Positions 9,809-18,120 of a stretch of DNA of 19,019 nt are shown here, piece by piece. The stretch covers positions 1 to 19,019 of the forward strand of contig CAWJJC010000030.1 in assembly GCA_963843145.1 (NCBI GenBank), in the 5' to 3' direction. The notes under the pieces were generated by a model, which saw only the letters and a program-made list of their open reading frames with translations, was not told the DNA's origin and did not search any database. This stretch comes from an uncultured delta proteobacterium. Its GTDB lineage: Bacteria > Desulfobacterota > RBG-13-43-22. The translations under genes were made by a program, and so were the position numbers. Numbering within the stretch: position 1 is the stretch's first letter; each line of letters starts with the position of its first letter.

Positions 9809-10072
9809 CTAACAGCGTAGGGATACTGCCAGGAGGTCGCTTCTCTTTAATTTGATTGCGTTCAGGAAACAGAGAAAGGCAGGAGAGGTCCTTTCTCTCA
9901 TCTCCAAGAAAAAATGATGACTATTTTGACATCCAAAGGCGATGTCCAAGAATTGATCGGGGACAGCGTTTTGACAATTAACATAGGCCGCGCTGGTAAA
10001 GAGAAGCGCCCAACTAATAAAGAATATGATCGACCAATGGATCAGCCGTTTAGGCTCATTCATAATTTTCAT
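9809..10072 (-). CDS. Hypothetical small protein with an N-terminal TM/signal segment
   Basis: 87 aa with hydrophobic WSIIFFISWALLFTSAAYV. ATGA overlap with the upstream ORF. Confidence 0.55.
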   Translation of the reverse strand: MKIMNEPKRLIHWSIIFFISWALLFTSAAYVNCQNAVPDQFLDIAFGCQNSHHFFLEMRERTSPAFLCFLNAIKLKRSDLLAVSLRC

Positions 10073-10290
10073 ACTCGGATTTCCTGGAAAACAGTAGCGC
10101 CGTCTGAATAAAAGTCGATACCAAAACCGGTGGAAACGGGGCTAGGCTGTTCTCCGTCCAGGTATCTCCGCCAACACCAATCGGTGAGGCTTTGACCCAG
10201 GGCATCCCTGGACTCCATAAATAATCTGGCATAATGGGCAAAAAATTTTTCGTCCGTGAGCATCAGATCCTCGAATTGGCTCCTGTTCAT
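10069..10290 (-). CDS. Hypothetical protein (73 aa)
   Basis: MNRSQFEDLMLTDEKFFAHYARLF...DWCWRRYLDG..., with a purine-rich RBS (AGGAGTAAGAGG) before the ATG at 10290. Its stop overlaps the next start. Confidence 0.65.
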   Translation of the reverse strand: MNRSQFEDLMLTDEKFFAHYARLFMESRDALGQSLTDWCWRRYLDGEQPSPVSTGFGIDFYSDGATVFQEIRV

Positions 10291-10848
10291 CCTCTTACTC
10301 CTTTCTCTCCTCTTGTGGCCGTGACCCACCGTGAGGGATTAGAGGGAACAAAATTTAATTTTACCTTCGTAGCTACCGGCAAGTACCTACGAAAACAAAA
10401 AACGTCGATTCATTCGAACCGCAGGCCCCGTTCCGGGTACCCCATTTAATTTTCGCCTTTACAATTGGTAAGCAGGATATCCCAGAGAGGAAATAAAATA
10501 AATAATGGGAAACCGGTATTTCTAAGAGAAAAATACCCTATTTTTCTATGGGGGGGCTCCCTATCGGCATTTTCAGGGGTTGTTCACCCGTTAGGGTGGG
10601 TGGGCACTCTATAGGGGAGATTAACCTAGATTCGAGCCTCCGTGGCACAGGGATCGGCAAAAGGGTCTGCCTATTGTAGGTATCGTGAGGGACCTGCGAC
10701 CAGCAGGAGGAAAGATAAACAAATTCAAAAAAATAGTGCATTTTCCCTAAGGAAATACTGTGTTCGCCCCATTACCCCGTTTCGTAAAACCTGTTATTTC
10801 TCCTATGAAGTCAAAGCTTTTAACACTAAATCGAAGAGGTGGACGATT

Positions 10849-13143
10849 ATGAAGACTCGTGGATATCGGAACCCGCGGCGCCTGTGTTTGATCCTCTCAC
10901 TGCTGTGGGGGACCATGGTGTGGACCGCTCCTGTTTCGGCTTCGCCAGCCGACAGTTCAAGTAGCGTTAATTTTTCTCGTTTGCCGTTGCGATTTGAGGT
11001 GAACGAGGGGCAAATCGACCCGCAAGTTCGATTCACCGCCAGAGATCGCGACGGGGTCGCCTATTTGACTTCAGGCGGAGCCGTATTGCAGATCCCAAGA
11101 CGGTTGGAGCGGCCGGATTCCCGCGCCGACTTGCGAAAGGCGGCAAACAAGCCGGGGGCCCAAGCCTTCGAATCGTCGTTTATTCGTTTGAAAACGGTGG
11201 ACTCGAACCAGACCCCCGTGGTAACCGGGATGGAACGATTGCCGGGGGTAACGCATTACTTCATCGGCAATGACCGGCAGCGGTGGCGGACCCATGTTGC
11301 GGGCTACGCCAAGGTCAAATGCGAAGGGTGTCTATCCCGGGGTCGATCTGGTCTACTACGGCAACCAAGAGGGTCGCCTGGAGTATGACTTCATCGTCGC
11401 GCCGGGAGCGGACCCCCATCAGATAGCCGTCTCCTTTGAAGGCGCGCAGGGGATAGAAATCGATCCGTCAGGCGGTCTCGTCATAACCACCGTTACGGGG
11501 ACGATACGTCAACCCTCTCCCAGGATCTATCAGGAGGTGAACGGGAAGCGGCAGGAGCTGGCCGGGGGTTATCGGATGGTCAATGCCGGGCGAACAACCG
11601 GCAATCAGGTCCTGGCCTTTGCGCTGGGGGATTACGATCAAAGCCGACCGCTGGTGATAGACCCGGAGATCGTCTATGCGACCTACCTCGGGGGGTCGTC
11701 GACCAGTACCGTGGCCAACGAAGGCGCCCGGGGGGTGGCCGTGGACAACCAGGGTGCGGCCTACATTGTGGGAACGACCATATCGGCTGGATTTTCCGAC
11801 CCTGAATCCGGCCCAGGAGGCGCTGCAAGGGTTAAGCAACGCCTTTCATTACGAAACTCGACTCTAACGGCCAACTGGTGTATTCGACCTACCTGGGGGG
11901 CAACGGATTTGACGAGGGAGCCGTCATCAAAGTCGATGATACCGGCGCGGCCTACGTGGGGGGAACGACCTCTTCATCGGATTTCCCGACAGTCAATCCC
12001 ATTCAGGGGAGGGGCAACAGGAATGACGCCTTCATCACCAAGCTGAGTCCGGACGGGGCGCAGATCGTCTATTCAACTTACCTTGGAGGAGAGGACAATG
12101 AAGAGGTGACCGATCTGGCGTTGGACGCCCAGAAAAATCTCTTTGTTCTCGGCAACATCAGGCCGGCATCGGGCGTTCCGGCCAATGATTTTCCGACCGT
12201 CAATCCCATCCAGATAACCCATGGCGGGGGCTTCCGGGATGGTTTCATGTCCGTCATTAATCCGAGCGGTTCCATCCTGCTGTTTTCGACCTATCTCGGC
12301 GGAGACGGCGATGATTTTTTCCAGTCGATTGTTCTCGACCCAAACAATGTCAATCTGTTCCTGGGTTTCTTCACGGATTCAACCAATTTTCCTCCAAGCA
12401 TTCCACCTGCGGTTGCTCGGGCCACTGCTGCTGGACCAAAACAGTCAACTCCAATTACTTATTTTAAGTGCCTCGGAGTTTGGTATATTTTCGCGGCCGA
12501 CGTCTGGCATCCTATCATTTCGCCATCTATCAATAAAGACGTAAAAATTCAACAGCGACGAGAATCATTCGGTCGTGGAATTTACAAAGCTGTTTCCGAC
12601 TTATTCTCCAATGCATCGCGCCAGTCAACACCTTCTTTGATGAAGGCGGAGCAACTAGAAGCGGGAGGTGGTTTGGATGTGCGGTTGGACGTCTTGGATC
12701 AGAATCTGAACATAACAAAAACTGCATTCTTCGGTGGAAGTGGTGAAGAGACTATCAGCGCGCTGGCGGTTGACGCTAACGGTGCAGTTTACATCATAGG
12801 CCGTACCAACTCCATCGACCTGCCGACCGTCAATCCCATCCAGGCCACCCATTCGGGAGGCGACGCTTTTGATGGTTTCCTGGCCGTGCTGCATCCGCAG
12901 ACGCTACAGCCTGTCTTTGCCACCTACCTCGGCGGCATCGCGGAGGAGGCGCTTACCGGCGTGACTGTCGACCTGCAGGGTAATATCTACGTGGTCGGTG
13001 AAACCTTCGGCAATTTCCCGAATCCTACGCCGGACGCAATCCAGAACCAGCTTCGGGGAAGGACCGACGCCTTCCTCATCAAGATCTCGCCGGTCACAAT
13101 CCCGCCGATCCTTCGGCTTTTTCTTCCTTTGATCCAGAGATAA
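10849..13143 (+). CDS. Secreted SBBP (seven-bladed beta-propeller) repeat surface protein, about 763 aa after correcting three +1 frameshifts
   Basis: Signal peptide MKTRGYRNPRRLCLILSLLWGTMVWTAPVSA. N-terminal domain LPLRFEVNEGQ...YFIGND...VYPGVDLVYYG..LEYDFIVAPGADP...LVIDP. Repeats YSTYLGG, VAVDxxGxxYxxG, DFPTVNPIQ and DAFITKL. Extra bases near 11327, 11788 and 11845 join ORFs 10642, 11270, 11676 and 11878. GAGGTGG RBS. Confidence 0.88.
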
Positions 13144-13197
13144 AAAATAATGATATGTCCCTGACCTTCGGATTTCTGAGGGGTAAAAAAAAGATTG

Positions 13198-13230
13198 AAA
13201 AAAAAGGCCTGGAAAACATTCCAAGCCTTT
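13198..13230 (-). terminator. Rho-independent terminator downstream of the tRNA-Glu 3' end
   Basis: On the minus strand: AAAGGCTTGGAA-TGTT-TTCCAGGCCTTT followed by a T run. Confidence 0.75.
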
Positions 13231-13238
13231 GATATTAT

Positions 13239-13288
13239 TGGTGGTCCCAACGGGGTTCGAACCCGTATTACCGGCGTGAGAGGCCGGT
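13239..13288 (-). mobile_element. 3' portion of tRNA-Glu(CTC); probable att site of a tRNA-integrated element
   Basis: Minus strand: ACCGGC-CTCTCAC-GCCGGT-AAT-ACGGG-TTCGAAC-CCCGT-TGGGACC-ACCA. This is the anticodon arm (CTC), T-arm, 3' acceptor strand and CCA. No D-arm or GGTCCCA 5' acceptor strand lies upstream. Confidence 0.85.
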
Positions 13289-13369
13289 AAGAGACGAATT
13301 TCTCCGGTAAATTCAACTACATTTTTTTAAATACGCGACTTTTTCGGGATTAAAAGCCGTCAGGTAGAA

Positions 13370-13894
13370 TTAGAACTTGAGTCCAGTGGCCTCAAGGTTG
13401 TCGATTATTGCCTCCAAGGTTGGGGGGTGTTCGGGAAACCAGTCGGCGAGTTGCCCGAGGATGATCTTCTCGAAGGAGGCATTGTAAGCCAGGACGCAGG
13501 CATTATCGGGGATGTCACCAACCAGTTTTTCAACCAAAGGCCTTCTCGGATCGATGTTCGGTTTCCCCAGAAACCCAGAGTGGCCCAAACCGGAATTCTC
13601 CCCTTGAAAAAAATAAAGGGAATACTGGTAAGGGACCTGCTGGTACAGCCTGGTTCCGTCATAAATCGGGATGGAGGTATAAAAGGTTTTAAAATCAAGG
13701 AAATATGGGGGGTACCAAAGACTATTCACGAATTCCTTGATCCCATCAATGTTGACGAATTCCTTCTGGTTGAGATAGGCCTCGACTTGCAGCGACTGAA
13801 CCGGGGATAAAAGGTCCTTCGGTACATCCTCCAGCCGGAAGAAACCTTGGCGGTAGAGATCCCAGGGGTTGGCCCCCTTCTTCACCAAATCCAA
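13370..13894 (-). pseudogene. Internal fragment of a DUF2779-domain (RNase H-like nuclease) protein
   Basis: YPPYFLDFKTF..IPIYDGTRLYQQVPYQYSL...DPRRPLVEKL...VLAYNASFEK matches the DUF2779 pattern as I recall it (LDFET, PFQYSLH, YNxxFE). It lacks both N- and C-terminal parts and has E>K in LDFET. Confidence 0.75.
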
Positions 13895-14240
13895 GACCGA
13901 ATATTCCGGGAAACTTGATCCCGTAAGTCGGGCCGGGTTTTATAAAGATAGAGGGATTTCGGGCATTGCCGCCCCCGGAGAAAAAGGTTTTTGCTGAAAT
14001 AAGAGAGGTCTCTATTGTTTGGTTTGTCCATTGAAAGCCTTGTCCCTTGGGTCTGAGATTATCTCGGTTTGGCCGCCGAAAATAAATTTTTAATGAACTC
14101 GGTTCTTCCCTCTCGAATAATGGCCTGCCATAATGAGTCTTGGTTTGGTGTTTTTTAACTTTTTTGCCCATTTAAAGTCTTATTTATAAGAAACCTGAGC
14201 GGAGCAGTTGCTCATTCCAGGCTATGGGGGAGAATAACAT

Positions 14241-14933
14241 ATGAAAAAGCTCATTGGGTTGTTAAGCCTCATTTTTTTGTTGACCATAATAGTGTCACCT
14301 AACCAGGCAGAGGCTGATCATGGGGGTGGAAGATCGAGTGGGTCTGGCGGCCACGGAGGATATAGCGGACGTGGAGGGTCCGGTGGACATGGTGGATACA
14401 GTGGAAGTGGAAGATCAAGTGGGCATAGGGGGTATTATGGTGGCCACGGAGGGTATTATGGTGGGCATGGTAGGTATTATGGTGGTTATGGTGGGTTCTT
14501 TCCCGGGTTATTTATCGGCGGTCTCTTAGGCTGGGGCTTGGGTCCTGGTTACTATTACCCTCCAGAATATTATTATTACCCTCCCCCGCCTCCACCAGAT
14601 TATTATTATCCATCTCCAGCTTCGCCAGATTATTATTCACCGCCACCTCCCCCAAATTCTTATTATCCGCCTCCAGCCGAAGGAAGTCAGGCGCCACCGT
14701 CGGCCAGCCAAGGGTCGGGCGGCCGGATGTTCATCTACCCCCGCCAGGGGCAGAGTGAAGAACAAAAAGCCAAGGATTTTGACGCTTGCCACAAGTGGGC
14801 TATTGGTCAGACAGACTTCGATCCGAAAAAGCCACCCGCTGGCGCGCCCGATGCGCAGACCATGCAAAAAAGCTCGGATTATTTTCGGGCGATCGGTGCC
14901 TGCCTTGATGGCCGGGGATATACTTTAAGATAG
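14241..14933 (+). CDS. Secreted Gly/Tyr/Pro-rich protein with a C-terminal two-Cys domain
   Basis: Signal peptide ending QAEA, GGHGGYSG/GGYY repeats, PPPPDYYY repeats. C-terminal YPRQGQSEEQKAKDFDACHKWA...YFRAIGACLDGRGY, a motif common in proteobacterial glycine-zipper-like proteins. GGGGGAG RBS. Confidence 0.85.
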   Translation: MKKLIGLLSLIFLLTIIVSPNQAEADHGGGRSSGSGGHGGYSGRGGSGGHGGYSGSGRSSGHRGYYGGHGGYYGGHGRYYGGYGGFFPGLFIGGLLGWGLGPGYYYPPEYYYYPPPPPPDYYYPSPASPDYYSPPPPPNSYYPPPAEGSQAPPSASQGSGGRMFIYPRQGQSEEQKAKDFDACHKWAIGQTDFDPKKPPAGAPDAQTMQKSSDYFRAIGACLDGRGYTLR

Positions 14934-15118
14934 TAAGAAATGACCCTACCTGGTAGTATAGTTAAAAGAAAGTCCGATATGCCCTGAGTGAGGCTGGGGA
15001 CCAACTGATGCCTGGTTGAAATTAGGAAGTACCGAGCAGGTAGCCCCAGTCAGCGTTTTTTGACCGTGGCTAACCGCTAAGGAAACGTTCCGACTCTATT
15101 ACTGAAGGTATTTACCCC

Positions 15119-15685
15119 ATGCCAAGCCATCCCTGCATCGTCATACCCGGAATCAAGGGAACGGGCCTTGAAAACATTTACGAGTTGCCGCCGGTGACCA
15201 CGTGGTCAACCTGGGAAGCTGGCGTCGTGGTGCCGGATTTTGACAGCCTGGCCCTTGGATCGAACGGCGAAGTGGATGAGGCCGACATCGTGGTGAACCG
15301 GGCCTCTCAGCTCCTCGGAATAGCTTACGAATCGCTCGTTCAGTCACTGCGGGGCCGGGGCATGCCCGTGTATGTATTCCCCTACGATTGGCGCTATTCC
15401 ATGGTCCGCAGCGCGAAAAAGCTGGTGAATTACGTCCTGGCGCTGCAGAAGAAAAATATTCGGTCGCTCGCTCCCGCCAATTGGGACAAGGCGTTTGACT
15501 TCGCCTGCCACAGCATGGGTGGGCTGGTCTTTCGGCAGTTCGTGGCCGCTTGGAAAAGCGCCATGCCCAACACTCCCCTTCCGGTCAACCGCGTGGTCTT
15601 TATCGCCACGCCTCACCTCGGATCAGTAGACGCGGTTGAGTCGATGATTCGCGGTGAAACCGTGCTCTTCGGCGGCCAAAAGGAA
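15119..15685 (+). pseudogene. Truncated lipase/LCAT-like alpha/beta hydrolase
   Basis: IVIPGIKGT (oxyanion region), FPYDWR, nucleophile elbow ACHSMGG, FIATPHLGS. Homology stops at about VLFGGQKE and the catalytic Asp/His region is absent. Confidence 0.78.
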
Positions 15686-15774
15686 TTCAAAGACGGCTAT
15701 CTGGTCGGGAGGAAGAGCCGCCATCCAAAACCAAGGAAATTGAAAAAGAGAACAATGATAACAAGAAAAATTAG
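15680..15774 (+). pseudogene. 3' remnant of a TatA/TatE-like gene
   Basis: With one base restored near 15697 it reads KEFKDGLSGREEEPPSKTKEIEKENNDNKKN*, resembling a TatA amphipathic helix end plus charged tail. The TM N-terminus is absent. Confidence 0.45.
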
Positions 15775-15808
15775 CCCGGTAGTTTAGGAGTTGGGTGAGG
15801 ATCGTCAT

Positions 15809-16669
15809 TTGTCTATTTTTAAAATTTTGATTTTGGCAGTAGTTCAAGGTGCGGCCGAGCTTCTCCCTGTTTCAAGTTCCGCCCATGTAATCGTAGCTGA
15901 AAAATTGCTGGGCCTTGATCCCACCAGGCCGGAGATGACCCTGGTTCTGGTAATGTTGCATACCGGTACGATGTTTGCCGTAATTTTCTATTTCTGGAAT
16001 TCATGGAAAATGAACTATTTTTCGTCAAGGAAAGAATTCCGGAATTTTTCTAAATTGATCTTGCTAGCCACTGCCTTCACCGGGGCTCTAGGACTTGCTT
16101 TGAAATTCTTTATCGAACGTTTTGTTTTTAGTAATGTTCCCCATGCAGAGGTAGAGCTGCTTTTTGGCAACTTGCCCTTAATAGCGGGTAGTCTTGCCGC
16201 AGTGGGCTTATTAATTATTTATGCGGGAGTCTATGGAGATCGGTCGACTAAATCGACGGTTCTGGGTTTTAAAGAAACATCTTGGATAGGGGCCATCCAA
16301 GGCCTCTGCCTTCCTTTTCGGGGCTTTTCCCGTTCCGGGGCCACGATATCCGTAGGTTTAATGAATGGAATTTCAAAGGTGAAGGCTGAGGAATTCAGCT
16401 TCGCACTCGCCGTTGTAATTACCCCTCCGATTATCATCCGTGAGGTTCTTCGATTATTGAAGGCCCATCCGGTCTTTTTATCGGATAAGGTCAGCCTAGT
16501 AGGTCTCTTTTATCCCAGCCTAATGGGAATGGGTTTTAGTTGTATCTCGGGGCTCTTAGCTCTCCGATGGCTTTCTCGCTGGCTCGAAAAAGGCAAGTGG
16601 CAACTATTCGGTTTTTATTGCCTTGGCGCATCCGGTGTTGTTTTTTTACTTTATAGGCTTGGAATTTAA
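15809..16669 (+). CDS. uppP: Undecaprenyl-diphosphate phosphatase (BacA family)
   Basis: QGAAELLPVSSSAH, LHTGT, GFSRSGATIS and AEEFSFAL motifs with multiple TM segments. TTG start at 15809 behind GGTGAGG (ORF track starts at 15791). Confidence 0.93.
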   Translation: MSIFKILILAVVQGAAELLPVSSSAHVIVAEKLLGLDPTRPEMTLVLVMLHTGTMFAVIFYFWNSWKMNYFSSRKEFRNFSKLILLATAFTGALGLALKFFIERFVFSNVPHAEVELLFGNLPLIAGSLAAVGLLIIYAGVYGDRSTKSTVLGFKETSWIGAIQGLCLPFRGFSRSGATISVGLMNGISKVKAEEFSFALAVVITPPIIIREVLRLLKAHPVFLSDKVSLVGLFYPSLMGMGFSCISGLLALRWLSRWLEKGKWQLFGFYCLGASGVVFLLYRLGI

Positions 16670-16709
16670 AACATCCCACCTTACTTCATTTTTGGGTATA
16701 ACTTTATAG

Positions 16710-17747
16710 ATGAGAAAATACCAATGGTTCGGGTTGGCTCTTTGGTTTTTGGTTTTCCACAATGCCGCTTTCGGAGCGGAAAGCCTTAATCCCTCCGGAT
16801 ATCATCTAAAGCAAAAGATAGCTATCGGGGGTGAAGGCAGGTGGGATTACTTAACGCTGGATAGCCAGACCCGCCGTCTCTATATCTCGCGGTCAAGCCA
16901 TGTCATGGTGGTTGATACCGATTCCGGAAAGGTTATTGGCGATATTCCCGACACGGACGGCGTTCACGGCATTGCCCTGGTCCCGGAGTTGAACAAAGGA
17001 TTTACCAGCAATGGGCAGGAAGCCAAGGTAACTGTTTTTGATCTCCAGACACTTAAACCATTGCTCAAAATCCCGGTGGGTAAAAATCCGGACGCAATCC
17101 TCTATGATCCTGCCTCCCGTCATGTTTTAACCTTTAACGGGGGCAGTCGTGATATCACGGCAATTGATCCCAAAAACGATACGGTCGTTGGGGTCGTCGT
17201 TCTGGACGGCCGTCCGGAATACGCTGTGGCGGATAATCAGGGCCATATCTATGTCAACGTGGTAGATAAAAGCCAAGTCGTCGAACTCGATTCCCATAAG
17301 CTTATCATCAACGCCCGCTGGTCATTGGCTCCAGGCGATAGACCGACCGGAATCTCAATGGATCAGACTCACCGGCGGCTCTTTATCGGTTGCGCAAACA
17401 AATTGATGGTGGTGATGAATGCTGACAACGGAAAAGTGACGTCCATCCTCCCAATCGGGAGCGGAGTCGATGCCACGGCTTTTGATCCTGAAACCCAATT
17501 GATGTTTAGCTCGAATGGGGAAGGCACGTTTACGGTCGTTCATGAAGACTCTCCGGACAAGTTTAGCGTTCTGGAGAACGTTGTGACTCAAAAAGGGGCC
17601 CGGACCATGGCGCTGGACCTTAAGACGCATCGGATTTATTTAGCCACTGCGGAATTTGGAGTCGCCCCGAAACCAACAACGGAGCAACCGCATCCGAGGC
17701 CAAGTATTGTGCCAGGCTCTTTTGTGGTCCTTGTCATGGGTAAGTAA
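16710..17747 (+). CDS. YncE/YVTN-family beta-propeller protein, secreted
   Basis: Signal peptide (AAFG/A). GGEGRWDYLTLD, GVHGIAL, VGKNPDAILYD, IGSGVDATAFDP and GARTMALD blades. Confidence 0.9.
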   Translation: MRKYQWFGLALWFLVFHNAAFGAESLNPSGYHLKQKIAIGGEGRWDYLTLDSQTRRLYISRSSHVMVVDTDSGKVIGDIPDTDGVHGIALVPELNKGFTSNGQEAKVTVFDLQTLKPLLKIPVGKNPDAILYDPASRHVLTFNGGSRDITAIDPKNDTVVGVVVLDGRPEYAVADNQGHIYVNVVDKSQVVELDSHKLIINARWSLAPGDRPTGISMDQTHRRLFIGCANKLMVVMNADNGKVTSILPIGSGVDATAFDPETQLMFSSNGEGTFTVVHEDSPDKFSVLENVVTQKGARTMALDLKTHRIYLATAEFGVAPKPTTEQPHPRPSIVPGSFVVLVMGK

Positions 17748-17851
17748 ATTGTCTCAACTTCAATCATAGCGGCAATTGGGCTAACTCCGGTCATAGGCAA
17801 TTCTAATTGCGCCGAGCCGCTACCCGCACTTTTCCAGCGAGTCTCTTTTTC

Positions 17852-17880
17852 TTGACCCCGTCCTTTTCTTATTTTAAACT
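17852..17880 (+). promoter_or_regulatory. Putative sigma70 promoter
   Basis: TTGACC-17 bp-TAAACT upstream of the small ORF at 17935. Confidence 0.5.
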
Positions 17881-17934
17881 CTTTCCATTCAAAAGCGGGT
17901 CAAGTTTTTGAACCTTTTATAAAAGGGAGAGATT

Positions 17935-18036
17935 ATGGAACAGGCACCCAAACGAAAAGAAGAGAATATCATAATTGGGATCGCTATTGCCTTCTTAGTG
18001 CTGTCCGTCGTTCTTTATTGTTGGCTCTGGAAATAA
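17935..18036 (+). CDS. 33-aa single-pass membrane peptide
   Basis: MEQAPKRKEENIIIGIAIAFLVLSVVLYCWLWK, with an AAGGGAGA RBS and an upstream promoter-like element. Below the ORF-track length cutoff. Confidence 0.65.
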   Translation: MEQAPKRKEENIIIGIAIAFLVLSVVLYCWLWK

Positions 18037-18120
18037 ACCAAAAAGGTCCTTGAAAAACATTACTATAGCTATTCCAACCGTGCCCTATTCAGGCATCCTA
18101 TACATCCCAGGTTATTTGAA

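Noticed and set aside
10642-10848. N-terminal extension of the SBBP ORF from 10642
   Set aside because: The ATG at 10849 has an RBS and begins a signal peptide; the upstream part looks intergenic.
1120-11850. Programmed frameshifting or phase variation at the six +1 sites
   Set aside because: No slippery heptamers or long homopolymers, and three successive shifts per gene is implausible. Sequencing error is more parsimonious.
11790-12850. Repeated ccgaccgtcaatcccatccag segments as DGR template/variable repeats
   Set aside because: These are intragenic SBBP blade repeats (FPTVNPIQ). There is no adenine-specific pattern and no reverse transcriptase.
13239-13320. Complete tRNA-Glu gene
   Set aside because: The D-arm and 5' acceptor strand are absent, so it is reported as an att-like fragment.
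13746-14171. 141-aa minus-strand ORF
   Set aside because: No motifs, overlaps the DUF2779 relic in another frame, and lies in AT-rich promoter-like DNA.
15000-15030. Hammerhead ribozyme (CTGATG...GAAA) or SRP RNA
   Set aside because: The core is CTGATGC rather than CTGANGA, the stems do not fit, and the SRP CAGG...GGAA...AGCA motif is absent.
17766-17823. c-di-GMP-I (GEMM) riboswitch or twister ribozyme
   Set aside because: Only a short CTCCGGTC similarity; the required conserved elements are missing.
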